Assembly: GCA_946407735.1 (NCBI GenBank)
Contig: CAMJPL010000001.1
Span: 88,182-152,181, forward strand
Source of the DNA: an uncultured Clostridia bacterium
GTDB lineage: Bacteria > Bacillota > Clostridia > Oscillospirales > CAG-272
Direction of reading: 5' to 3'
Length of the DNA stretch: 64,000 nucleotides
The position numbers and the translations under genes are program-made. Positions 19,450 through 28,705 of this stretch are shown in pieces (position 1 is the first letter of the stretch; every line of letters begins with the position of its first letter). The notes under the pieces were generated by a model, which did not search any database, was not told the origin of the DNA, and saw only the letters and a program-made list of their open reading frames with translations.

Positions 19450-22387
19450 TGTCTGCGTCCCCGTTCTCGTCAGACGAGCCGCCGTCCTGCGTCACGTCCT
19501 GTGAGGGGGCGTCATCCGGCTGTTCCGTCTGATCCGAAGGAACTGCGCTTTCCGCTGAGCCTTCGCCGTTTTCGGTCCGCACAGCCGGGACAAGCTCCGT
19601 CTTTCCGCCGTCGTCGTACATCTCATAACCGGCGTCGAAGACGGGATCCGGGATATAGCGGTGATTGTCGTGCCACAGCTTGTCGAACATCATCACCCCG
19701 ACGAGAAGCACGAGACCGACGGCGCAGAGCACGGTGCCGATCATTAGCGGCTTCTGCCGGTAAAGAAGCTCTATCGTATGACTTCCCTCGGTGATGCCAG
19801 CGGCGAGAAGCGCGTCGCCGGAGGTCTTGAACGTCTCTGCTCTTTCGCCGTCGATATAGACCTGCCATCCCTCATCGTACGGGATCGTGGTGTACAGGGT
19901 GGTGAGACCGCTGCCGGACGGGATGTCTATCGTACCGTAAAGACGCGTGTCGCTGAACTCGGTGATGTCCATCATCGCCTGACGCAGGCGGGGCATGATC
20001 TGCTTATAGAGCTCGGTGTCGAGATAGTAGAAGTATTTCGACGAGTTGGCGATGTAAAGCTCCTCTTTTTCAAGCTTGAGCGAGACGTAGACGTCCTCGC
20101 CCTCCTCGAACGCGCCTATCTTCTGGATGCAGTCGGTGTCGTTGCCGAGGATGTTGCCCTCCTTCGAGCCGCCGACGTAGATCGAGCATTCGCGCGGGTA
20201 ATCGGTCGGAACGAAGATATATATGTCGTTCTCGAGGCCGCCGCCCTTGATCCGCATGGCTATGCGGGCGTCCTGCTTGCCCGGCTCGGGGGAGTATTTC
20301 TTGTGGCCGGTGACGAAGCTTATGTCGCAGTTCTGGTAGTCTATGTCCTCCGCCTTGACGTAATGCCACACCTCGACGGTCTTTTCCTCGCCGAGCATGG
20401 CGGTTATCATCGCGTTCATCAGCTCGAACGGGTTTTCCGGCTCGTACAGGTCGAGTTCGCGTATATCGTCGCTGACGGCGGAGACGGGCTGGATGTAGTA
20501 CGGGTTTGAGTAGGCGTAGAGGTTGTTGTCGGTGTCGGAGTCTATCTCGTTATAAAATCTGTCGTCCTGCTGCTCCTCGAATACGATATATTTCAGTCCG
20601 AGAAGGGAATTTGACACCGGGGTGCCGCCGAGCGACTTCGACCAGTTCGATTTCGAGGCGTAGCCCATCTGATTGAGCAGCTTCACGACGGAGGTGTTCA
20701 TCAGCGAGGACGAGTTCGACAGACCGTTGTAGCCGAACGCCATCGGGTCGTTGGTCTTGCGGTGGAAGGTCTTCTCCATGCGGTAGAAGGAATCGTCCGA
20801 CGCGAGGATCCTGTTGAACAGAGGCGTGCAGCGGTCCATGTGGTTGACATATGTCGTGCGCGAGGTGTAGACGACGTCGGCGTCGAGAGATGTGGTGTTC
20901 AGCAGTCCGGCGCAGAACATCTCGAGCGACATGAATATGATTATCAGCGTCGAGGCCGATTTCACGGCGTCCTTTTTCGTCCCGTAAAGCGCTCCGAGCA
21001 GCGCCGCCCATATAATCAGGCATCCCGCCGATACCCATGTGAACTGGAGATCGTCGAGGAACTCGTAATCCAGCTTCTGTATGATGAAGGCGAGGATCAG
21101 CTCGGCCGCGGCGGCCGCGATGACGGTGTTCACCGGCACGCGCTTCTCGGCGTATGAGCTGAACGCCTTGTATCCGAGAAGTATGATGAAGAACACCAGC
21201 ATGAAGGAGTAGCGGTAGTTGAGCCAGTTCGGCTTCTGCAGCCCGTGCCAGAATATGTCGATGGTCGAGCCGTTGAAGCAGAAGGCGAAGAAGGCAAGGG
21301 CGATCCCGCCCCAGATCTTCTGCCTCTTCGGCACGTCGGGAGCCGTGAAGAAGACCGGCAGCATGATCAGCGACAGCGTCCCGCAGTAGACGAAGGGAAG
21401 TCCGGTCGGTCTCACCGTGTCGTACGAGCCGGGATAGAGCTTGACGATGAGGTCGAGGAAGTCGAACTGCTGCTTGAACGAGTAGTCTGGATTCGAGAAG
21501 GTGGTCTTGCCGAAGGTGAGGGCGTAATAGGTCGGGAGGATTATCACCGACGCTATCATCGCGGCGATGACGCTGAGTATGAACAGCCTGAGGAAGACGC
21601 GGGGGAAGTGCCCCTTCACCATCTCGGGGTTGCGCTCGTACTCGGAGCGGCTGAAATAGTAATAGACGCAGTAGAAGACCGTGAAGATGCACATCATGAA
21701 GCCGATGTAGAAGTTCACGATCATGGCGAGGGCGAGAGAGACGGTGTAAAGCGTGCAGTCGCGCCGCCTTATCATCCGCTCGATGCCGAGCACCAGCATC
21801 GGCAGGATTACAAGCTCGTCTATCCACATCGTGTTGTGCGCCTGCACGATGGCGTAGGCGCAGAGGGCGTACATCGTCGAGAAGGTAAGGATCCTCGACT
21901 TCTTCGTGTAGTGCGCCTGATGCAGATAGAGCGCCATCGAACCTCCGCAGCATCCGCATTTGATCAGGTGCAGCGCGAGAAGCGCCTCGGTGATGTGGAT
22001 CTTCGGGAATAGCGCCACGATGGCCGAGAACGGCGAGGCGATATAGTATGCGTATATGCCGAGCATCTCGCCGCCGAGCGAGCGCTCGAAGGTGTAGACC
22101 ATGCTCCTGCCGTGCAGTATTACGTTGCGCAGGTATTCAAAGAAGCTGACGTACTGGCCGTTGAGGTCGAGCACGAGCACTGAGTTGCCGCCGAACGGGT
22201 AGACTCCCATGGCTATGAATATCAGCCACATGAGGAGCATCGGCAGCATGAACGCGCCGATCAGATAACCGTATTCGGTGTCGGTGAAAAAGCCGCGGAT
22301 CCTTTTTAGGATCCCGGGACCTCTCTTTTTCTTTTTTTCTTCCTTTACTTCCGGCTCCGCGGCCGGGTTTGGGATCGCGTTGTCCAT
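19442..22387 (-). CDS. YfhO-family membrane protein (predicted glycosyltransferase-like/lipid-glycosylation)
   Basis: 981 aa polytopic; LVLDLNGQYVSFFEYLR...GSLGGEMLGIYAYY; C-terminal TLYTTIPYDEGWQVYIDGERAETFKT. Confidence 0.88.
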   Translation of the reverse strand: MDNAIPNPAAEPEVKEEKKKKRGPGILKRIRGFFTDTEYGYLIGAFMLPMLLMWLIFIAMGVYPFGGNSVLVLDLNGQYVSFFEYLRNVILHGRSMVYTFERSLGGEMLGIYAYYIASPFSAIVALFPKIHITEALLALHLIKCGCCGGSMALYLHQAHYTKKSRILTFSTMYALCAYAIVQAHNTMWIDELVILPMLVLGIERMIRRRDCTLYTVSLALAMIVNFYIGFMMCIFTVFYCVYYYFSRSEYERNPEMVKGHFPRVFLRLFILSVIAAMIASVIILPTYYALTFGKTTFSNPDYSFKQQFDFLDLIVKLYPGSYDTVRPTGLPFVYCGTLSLIMLPVFFTAPDVPKRQKIWGGIALAFFAFCFNGSTIDIFWHGLQKPNWLNYRYSFMLVFFIILLGYKAFSSYAEKRVPVNTVIAAAAAELILAFIIQKLDYEFLDDLQFTWVSAGCLIIWAALLGALYGTKKDAVKSASTLIIIFMSLEMFCAGLLNTTSLDADVVYTSRTTYVNHMDRCTPLFNRILASDDSFYRMEKTFHRKTNDPMAFGYNGLSNSSSLMNTSVVKLLNQMGYASKSNWSKSLGGTPVSNSLLGLKYIVFEEQQDDRFYNEIDSDTDNNLYAYSNPYYIQPVSAVSDDIRELDLYEPENPFELMNAMITAMLGEEKTVEVWHYVKAEDIDYQNCDISFVTGHKKYSPEPGKQDARIAMRIKGGGLENDIYIFVPTDYPRECSIYVGGSKEGNILGNDTDCIQKIGAFEEGEDVYVSLKLEKEELYIANSSKYFYYLDTELYKQIMPRLRQAMMDITEFSDTRLYGTIDIPSGSGLTTLYTTIPYDEGWQVYIDGERAETFKTSGDALLAAGITEGSHTIELLYRQKPLMIGTVLCAVGLVLLVGVMMFDKLWHDNHRYIPDPVFDAGYEMYDDGGKTELVPAVRTENGEGSAESAVPSDQTEQPDDAPSQDVTQDGGSSDENGDADNG

Positions 22388-22392
22388 ATTTC

Positions 22393-22647
22393 TTACTGTC
22401 CGGCGTCCGATGTGATGCGTTCCTTTTCCTTTTCCGCCGCGGCCGTCAGCTCCTGAGCCGGCACGCCGTTCACGCGCTTTATCGACTTCTCGAGCTTCAC
22501 CCTCGGCGTCATGACGTCACGGGAGCAGCCGGAGCATCTCATGCCGATGTCGGAGCCTATCCGCGTGACGGTGAAGCTGTCGCTTCCGCAGGGATGTTTT
22601 TTCTTCAATGTGAGCGTATCGCCCACCGCGATTGGTATTATCTTCAT
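22393..22647 (-). CDS. DUF951-like small zinc-ribbon protein
   Basis: VGDTLTLKKKHPCGSDSFTVTRIGSDIGMRCSGCSRDVMTPRVKLEKSIKRV. Confidence 0.72.
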   Translation of the reverse strand: MKIIPIAVGDTLTLKKKHPCGSDSFTVTRIGSDIGMRCSGCSRDVMTPRVKLEKSIKRVNGVPAQELTAAAEKEKERITSDAGQ

Positions 22648-22827
22648 GGAGATAAAATCGGGCAAAAATGTTTCCGCCCCCGCGCCTGGCGCGGAGGATC
22701 AGCTTATTGTATCTGCCGGATAATATTATATCACTCCCGCACTCTTTTGTAAACATGAATTTTATTAAATAGAGGAAAAATCCCGCCCCGGCATGGCGCC
22801 TGAGCGGGAAAAAGCGGCGGATCGGCT

Positions 22828-24150
22828 TTATTTCGCCGACATATCGCTCCCTATCGCGTAAAGATCGGCCTCGCAGAGCTCTATCTCCATCCTTCCGGTC
22901 TTCCCGGCAAGCCCGTCTGCGTGCATGCGGCGGGAAATGTCATTGCCGAAAAGCTCGTCGGAGGCATATATCTCTTCACCGTCATCTCCGACGATCTTCA
23001 CCTTCACATACCCGTAGGCCGACGTCGAGAAGTTGATATGGATGTCGTCGCTCTCGAAAGTCAGCTCCTTCGTCGTCATACGTCCGCCTCTGCCGTCTGC
23101 GTAAAGCGACATGAAGCGGAAGCGCGGCACGGCGTATGCGAAGATGCCGTCGTCGTCCCACATGTAATTCTGCTCGGTGTAGAAGATGAACCTGTCGTCT
23201 CTCTCGACGATCCCGCCGACGGCGATGAAGCATCTCTGCGTCCATTCGTGGCTGTAAAGCCCGCCGCGTATGAATCCGTCCTTTATCGGTCGGTCCCAGA
23301 CGTGACCGTCGCGGGAGGTCATGAGCACCATGTCGGAGACGCCGGAGCTGGGATAATCGCCGAGCGCCTTCCTCGTCTCCATGAAGCGCATCGGCATCGA
23401 GATCAGCATATGCCCGGCGCCCGGTATCGGACGGGCGGCGTTGGTGTAAAGATGCTCGCATATGCCTATGCCGGGATACTCGTTCGGTATCGTCGGGCCC
23501 CAGTGGATGAAGTCCTTCGACTCGGCCGACGAGATGCACCGCCAGCCGCTGTACCCGTCCCCCGACCATGTGCGGAAGTAGGCGCGGTAGACTCCGGCAT
23601 TCGTGTCATAGAACGCCATGTTCATCGAGTCGAAGATGCCGTCGGTTATGACCGGATCGTCCGCCATCAGCGTCCAGTGCATGCCGTCCGGGCTCGACCA
23701 CGCCCTCAGGCCGCCGGTGACCTGCAGGCCGCCGATGGCCTTGAATCTCTCATCCGGCCTGCAGTCGGGGTTCGTATCGAGGAACGGCGCGAAATTGTGG
23801 CAGTTTATGTCCATGCGGACGATGTTGTTTTCCTTTATGCCGTCGTAGTCGATCATGCCGACCTTCGCCCGCTCGAAATGTACGCCGTCACAGCTTACGG
23901 CGAGGCAGGACGTCTGCATGTCGTCGTAGTCGGTCTTGCCCTGACCCGGGAAGCCGCGGTAGTAGAGCATTACCTTTCCGCCGTCGTCGATACAGGACAG
24001 ACCGAGGCTGCCCTCGCCCTCCCATGGCTGATCGAACGGGATGACCATGCCGAGCTTTTCCGGCTTCTCATACCGGAATGACAGCCCATCCTTTTTGTCG
24101 ATAAGGTATCCGTCGGTAAAGAGCTCGACCCGTTTTCCGAAGCTGATCAT
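22828..24150 (-). CDS. Glycoside hydrolase-like five-bladed propeller protein (GH32/GH43-like superfamily)
   Basis: VELFTDGYLIDKKDGLSFRY...GNPGQGKTDYDDMQTSCLAVSCDGVHFERAKVG... repeated D/W/E propeller segments; start set 3 nt from upstream stop. Confidence 0.6.
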   Translation of the reverse strand: MISFGKRVELFTDGYLIDKKDGLSFRYEKPEKLGMVIPFDQPWEGEGSLGLSCIDDGGKVMLYYRGFPGQGKTDYDDMQTSCLAVSCDGVHFERAKVGMIDYDGIKENNIVRMDINCHNFAPFLDTNPDCRPDERFKAIGGLQVTGGLRAWSSPDGMHWTLMADDPVITDGIFDSMNMAFYDTNAGVYRAYFRTWSGDGYSGWRCISSAESKDFIHWGPTIPNEYPGIGICEHLYTNAARPIPGAGHMLISMPMRFMETRKALGDYPSSGVSDMVLMTSRDGHVWDRPIKDGFIRGGLYSHEWTQRCFIAVGGIVERDDRFIFYTEQNYMWDDDGIFAYAVPRFRFMSLYADGRGGRMTTKELTFESDDIHINFSTSAYGYVKVKIVGDDGEEIYASDELFGNDISRRMHADGLAGKTGRMEIELCEADLYAIGSDMSAK

Positions 24151-24152
24151 GA

Positions 24153-25613
24153 TTACAGTCCTTTCACCGTCTCGATGAGAGCGTCTATCTTCTTCTGGAA
24201 TTTGTCGTGGTTTTTCGCCCATTTGGAGGCGTAGTTCTTGTCGGCTATGCTGTTTATTATATCCCCGATGTCGCGGCTGAATATGTACATGAAATCGGAC
24301 GCGCAGGTCCTGCCGATGATATCGAGCATCTCGACCGATTCCTCGTCGCGGGTGCTCTTGCGCTTGATGGCGGTCTCGAAGTACGCCGGCTTTACCGTCT
24401 GCTCGGAATAGTACTGCATCGCCTCGGTTATGACGGCCGACATCTCCTCGTTTTTAACATATGCCGGGATGCCGACGGCGTCGTTCACGGTCGGTGTGAT
24501 ATAGTCGCTCTGCGACTCGTCGTATTTCGGCGAGGGGATGATGCCGAAGTTCTCCATCTCGCGCATGATGTCCCATGTCGCGAAATCGAGACGGTGGATC
24601 ATGAACAGCGCCCCGCTGTTCGCGAAGAAGCTCTGTATCTTGGAATATACCTCATGTGAATCGGCTCCGGTGAACTTGTCCTGACCGAGATAGATATCGC
24701 TTTTTTCCAGATTCAGCAGTATGTCGTTGATCGAGATCAGCCTGTCGCCAATGTCTTTGAGCGTTATGGAACCGTCGGAGGTCTTTTCGGTGTAGAAATA
24801 GCCCATGGCGTTGACTTCCATCGCCATGTAGTCGTTTGTCGATACCAGTCCCACCCTGTCGTCGAGTCCGTATTTTCCGTTTCCGTCGAGATCGGTCACG
24901 ACGGCGGAGCCCATCTCGCTCAGCTTGTCGAAGGTCCATTTCCCGGCCTTTACGGTGTCGTACAGGTTCTCGAGATTGTAGTCGGCGACGAGGTTCTTGT
25001 TGAAGAATGTGACTATCGACCACGCCACGGTGTTGAGCCCGGCCGCCCCGGAGGCGAGATACTGCCTTCCGGCGACCTCGACCTGATCGTCGGCGTACTG
25101 ATACCACCATGGCTGGGAAAGGTCTATCTGAGAGTACTGATGAAGATCGCTCAGCAGTCCCGCCGAGATATGCGGCGAGACGTACGAGACCGATCCTATG
25201 AGCATATCGTAGTCGCCGCTGCCGCCCATGACGCTTCCCGAGAGCGCGGTCGAAACATCGGCCATACCTGCCGTATATCCGTTGAATATCCTGTAATTCA
25301 GCTTTATATTATAGTTTTCCTCAAGCAGGCGGTTGCGCTCGTAGACGGCGTCGTTTACGACGTCGCCTGTCTGCTCGGCGGTATAGAAGTTCTGCCACTG
25401 CTCGCAGGCGGCGAGAATGCTGAATTCGGCGCCGCCGAAATCCCCCTGCGATATCGGCGGCAGCGTCTCGGCTTCGGTCATTTCGGCCGCCGCTCCTTCC
25501 GGCTGCGATGACGGCGCGCCCTCCGTCTGTGCCGGAGCTGCGGATTCCCCTCCGCAGGCGGCTAGGGGCAGCGCAAGGCATATGGCGAGGATATAAGCCA
25601 ACAGTTTTTTCAT
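24153..25613 (-). CDS. Extracellular solute-binding lipoprotein
   Basis: MKKLLAYILAICLALPLAACGGES; AVYERNRLLEENYNIKLNY, TSDGSITLKDIGDRL; paralog of 25675-27123. Confidence 0.82.
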   Translation of the reverse strand: MKKLLAYILAICLALPLAACGGESAAPAQTEGAPSSQPEGAAAEMTEAETLPPISQGDFGGAEFSILAACEQWQNFYTAEQTGDVVNDAVYERNRLLEENYNIKLNYRIFNGYTAGMADVSTALSGSVMGGSGDYDMLIGSVSYVSPHISAGLLSDLHQYSQIDLSQPWWYQYADDQVEVAGRQYLASGAAGLNTVAWSIVTFFNKNLVADYNLENLYDTVKAGKWTFDKLSEMGSAVVTDLDGNGKYGLDDRVGLVSTNDYMAMEVNAMGYFYTEKTSDGSITLKDIGDRLISINDILLNLEKSDIYLGQDKFTGADSHEVYSKIQSFFANSGALFMIHRLDFATWDIMREMENFGIIPSPKYDESQSDYITPTVNDAVGIPAYVKNEEMSAVITEAMQYYSEQTVKPAYFETAIKRKSTRDEESVEMLDIIGRTCASDFMYIFSRDIGDIINSIADKNYASKWAKNHDKFQKKIDALIETVKGL

Positions 25614-25674
25614 GTTCGTCCCCCTTTCTTTGTACCTCTATTTTAAACTGATTTATCTCCTTCCGGGAGACGGA

Positions 25675-27123
25675 TCAGAAGCCCTTGACGGCTTCGACGA
25701 TCGTCTCTATCTGCGACTGCAGCTTGTCGTAGTTTTTCGCCCAGTTCGATGAGTAATCCTTGTCGCCGATGCTGTAAAGGATGTCGTCGATCTGAGTGGA
25801 GAAGAGGAACATGAAGTCGCAGGCCATCGTGCTGCCGATGATGTCGAGCATCTCGACCGAATCGTCGTCGCGGGTGCTCTTGCGCTTGAGCGCCATCTCG
25901 AAGTAGGCCGGCTTGACGGTGAGATTCGAGAAGTAGTTGAGTCCATTGAGGACCGTCGCCGACATCACGGGATCGTTCACATAGAACGGCACGCCGCAGG
26001 ATTCCGCCGCGACCGGCGTGATGTAGCTCTCCTGAGCCTCGTCGAATTTCGGCGACGGCAGGAGGCCGAAGTTCTCCATCTCGCGCATGGTGTCCTCCAT
26101 GGCGAGCATCAGCTTGTGGATGACGAACAGCGATCCGCCTCCCGCGAAGAAGGTCTGCATGTTGGCGAAGTCGGCGTAGGCGTCGGTGCCGCCGAGCTTT
26201 CTCGCCTCAAGGTAGAAGTCGCCTTCATAGAGGCCGAGGATTATGTCGTTCACCTTGAGCAGCTTGTCGTTGATGTCGCGGAGCCGGCGTCCGCCGTCGG
26301 AGGTCTTTTCGGTGTAGAAATAGTCCATGGCTCCGGCCTCGAGCGACATGAAGTCCCATGTCGAGACGATGCCGACGCGGTCGTGCTTGTTCAGCTTGCC
26401 GTTGCCGTCAAGATCGGCTGTGACGATCCCTCCCAGCTCAGCGGCCTTCGCGAAGGTCCATTTTCCGTCCTTTACTGTGTCGTAGAGGTTCTCGATATTG
26501 TAGTCGGCGGCTATGTTCTTGTTGAAGAAGGTGATGACCGATTCCGACTCGCCGAATACGGTCAGCGCGCCGGAGACGAGGTACTGCCTGCCGCAGAGCT
26601 CATACTGCTCGTTGACGAAGCCGTCGTACCACGGCCCGGCGAGGTTCACCTGCGGCATCTGGGCCAGATCGGCGTAAAGTCCCTCGGCGATATATCCGGT
26701 GATATAATATGCGCCTCCGGCGATCATGTCGTAGTCGCCGGTGCCGCTCATGACGCTCCCGGCGAGAGCGGTGTGGACCTTATCCATGCCGCCCATATTG
26801 CCGTCGAAGAGGATATAGTTGAGCTTTACGTTGTATTTCTCCTCGGTCATCATGTTGCGCTCGTAAACAGCGTCGTCTACAACGTCGCCGGTCTGCTCCG
26901 AGTCGTAGAACTCATGCCACTGCTCGACGGCGGCGAGTACGTTGAAATTCGTCCCGCCGAAATCGCCCGCCGGGATCTCCGGCTCGGTCTCGGCCGCGGT
27001 CGTCTCCGCCGGCGCTGTGTCGGGATCTCTGGCAGCGGACGGCGATCCGTTTTCACCGCCGCAGGCGGCGAGTGAGATCAGGAATGATGCGGCAAGCAGT
27101 GCCGAGGAAATCTTTTTTATCAT
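25675..27123 (-). CDS. Extracellular solute-binding lipoprotein (paralog)
   Basis: MIKKISSALLAASFLISLAACGGENG; same architecture and many shared blocks with 24153-25613. Confidence 0.82.
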   Translation of the reverse strand: MIKKISSALLAASFLISLAACGGENGSPSAARDPDTAPAETTAAETEPEIPAGDFGGTNFNVLAAVEQWHEFYDSEQTGDVVDDAVYERNMMTEEKYNVKLNYILFDGNMGGMDKVHTALAGSVMSGTGDYDMIAGGAYYITGYIAEGLYADLAQMPQVNLAGPWYDGFVNEQYELCGRQYLVSGALTVFGESESVITFFNKNIAADYNIENLYDTVKDGKWTFAKAAELGGIVTADLDGNGKLNKHDRVGIVSTWDFMSLEAGAMDYFYTEKTSDGGRRLRDINDKLLKVNDIILGLYEGDFYLEARKLGGTDAYADFANMQTFFAGGGSLFVIHKLMLAMEDTMREMENFGLLPSPKFDEAQESYITPVAAESCGVPFYVNDPVMSATVLNGLNYFSNLTVKPAYFEMALKRKSTRDDDSVEMLDIIGSTMACDFMFLFSTQIDDILYSIGDKDYSSNWAKNYDKLQSQIETIVEAVKGF

Positions 27124-27152
27124 AAATCAACACCTCCGGTGTCCCCGTTAAT

Positions 27153-27222
27153 ATATCCATGACGATATTATACCCCATTTCAAAACGTTTTTCAATATCC
27201 CGGATGAAATATCCATGACGAT
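27153..27222 (-). promoter_or_regulatory. Promoter TTGAAA-17-TATAAT flanked by two 14-bp direct repeats ATCGTCATGGATAT
   Basis: -10 at 27167-27172, -35 at 27190-27195 (minus strand); repeats at 27153-27166 and 27209-27222. Confidence 0.65.
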
Positions 27223-27366
27223 TTTTCCCGTCCGGCGGGAGAGTGATATTAAGCTATGGATTGAGAAGAATAATTTACAATCAGCATTTGAAAGACGGCG
27301 GGATATATGATATAATAATATAATAAACTGGATAAATATGCCCGCATGGGCAAAAACGGCGTCTAA

Positions 27367-27867
27367 ATGAAGATATTCGGAATCGACCCGGGCTACGCCA
27401 TCGTGGGCTGGGGAGTAATAGACTATAAAAACACGGCCTTCACCACCATAGCGTACGGCGCGATCACGACGAAGGCCGGAGTGGCGCCCGAGCGGCGGCT
27501 GCAGATCATCTACGAGGAGCTCGACCGTCTGCTGAAGCTGTACAAGCCCGACGCCGTCGCCGTCGAGGAGCTTTTCTTCAATACGAACCAGAAGACGGCG
27601 ATCATGGTCGCCGAGGCGCGCGGCGTGATCATACTCGCCGCCGTGAACAACGGCGTGGAGATCTTTGAGTACACCCCGCTTCAGGTGAAGCAGTCGGTCG
27701 TCGGCTACGGCCGCGCCGAGAAGGCGCAGGTGATCATGATGACCACCCGCATCCTCGGCCTCAAGTCGGCCCCGAAGCCTGACGACACCGCCGACGCTCT
27801 CGCGATAGCCGTCTGCCACGCCCACACCGGCGCGTCAAGGCTGGGGAAGTTCTATAATATTCAATAA
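27367..27867 (+). CDS. ruvC: Crossover junction endodeoxyribonuclease RuvC
   Basis: MKIFGIDPGYAIVGWGVIDY, VAVEELFFNTNQKTAI, DDTADALAIAVCHAH. Confidence 0.97.
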   Translation: MKIFGIDPGYAIVGWGVIDYKNTAFTTIAYGAITTKAGVAPERRLQIIYEELDRLLKLYKPDAVAVEELFFNTNQKTAIMVAEARGVIILAAVNNGVEIFEYTPLQVKQSVVGYGRAEKAQVIMMTTRILGLKSAPKPDDTADALAIAVCHAHTGASRLGKFYNIQ

Positions 27868-27871
27868 TAAA

Positions 27872-27946
27872 GCAGGGAGGGGAAGCCCCTTTCTGAAGAA
27901 AGTGTCTTCCCCTCCCTGCACCCACCCTTTTCCCAAAGACTTTTAC
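27872..27946 (-). repeat. Palindromic intergenic repeat, copy B
   Basis: Core GCAGGGAGGGGAAG...CTTCCCCTCCCTGC (27872-27919), flank ccctttTCCCAAAGACTTTT (reverse complement of copy C flank). Confidence 0.8.
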
Positions 27947-27971
27947 TACTGAATTTAGTTTTTAATACATT

Positions 27972-28577
27972 ATGATCGCTCAGCTTACAGGCATCGTCGT
28001 CTCGACGGGCGTGAATTCCGCCGTCATCGACGTCGGCGGGATAGGATTTCTCGTCGCATGCTCGCACAACACCCTCTCCGACATCTCCGGCAAGGGCGGC
28101 GAGAAGATAAAGATATATACGCACATGGTCGTCCGCGAGGACGCGATGGAGCTTTACGGCTTCTCGACACAGGACGAGCTTTCGGCGTTCAGGATGCTGA
28201 TATCGGTGTCCGGCGTCGGCGCGAAATCGGCGATAGCCGTCCTTTCGACCCTCTCGCCGGAGAAATTCGCCCTCGCCGTCACGACCGAGGACGCGAAGGC
28301 GATATCCAAGGCTCCCGGTGTCGGAGCCCGCACCGCCGCGAGGATCATCCTCGAGCTCAAGGACAAGATAGCCAAGGAATTCGGCGGCGAGGCGGTATCT
28401 TCCGCGATGACGCAGGAGCAGATCAAGGGCGACGATACCCTCTCCGACGCCGTGAACACGCTGATCGTTCTCGGCTATTCGAGAGCCGAAGCGCTTTCCG
28501 CGCTCTCCGGTCTCGGCGGCATGAATTTGGAAGACATGATCAAAGCCGCGCTTAAAAAGCTCTCGGCAATGGTCTGA
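27972..28577 (+). CDS. ruvA: Holliday junction branch migration protein RuvA
   Basis: MIAQLTGIVVSTG..., GVSGVGAKSAIAVLS, APGVGARTAARIILELKDK. Confidence 0.96.
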   Translation: MIAQLTGIVVSTGVNSAVIDVGGIGFLVACSHNTLSDISGKGGEKIKIYTHMVVREDAMELYGFSTQDELSAFRMLISVSGVGAKSAIAVLSTLSPEKFALAVTTEDAKAISKAPGVGARTAARIILELKDKIAKEFGGEAVSSAMTQEQIKGDDTLSDAVNTLIVLGYSRAEALSALSGLGGMNLEDMIKAALKKLSAMV

Positions 28578-28601
28578 CGCATCGCATTAATATTATTGTA
28601 T

Positions 28602-28673
28602 CAAAAGTCTTTGGAAAAGATGGGGGTCCGGGGGAAGGAAAACCTTTCCTCAGAAAGGTTTTCCTTCCCCCGG
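28602..28673 (+). repeat. Palindromic intergenic repeat, copy C
   Basis: Flank CAAAAGTCTTTGGAAAAGATGGGGGT, core CCGGGGGAAGGAAAACCTTTC-ctc-AGAAAGGTTTTCCTTCCCCCGG. Confidence 0.85.
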
Positions 28674-28705
28674 GAAAATAATGTATCTCAAGGCAGGTGA
28701 CATGA

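Noticed and set aside
22921-24081. 386-aa plus-strand ORF
   Set aside because: Antisense shadow of the glycosidase-like CDS.
27148-27825. 225-aa minus-strand ORF
   Set aside because: Overlaps ruvC antisense; RuvC on the plus strand is unambiguous.
28628-28673. Simple rho-independent terminator of ruvA
   Set aside because: Stem is not followed by a T-tract and homologous copies with a conserved flank occur elsewhere, so it is better described as a repeat family.
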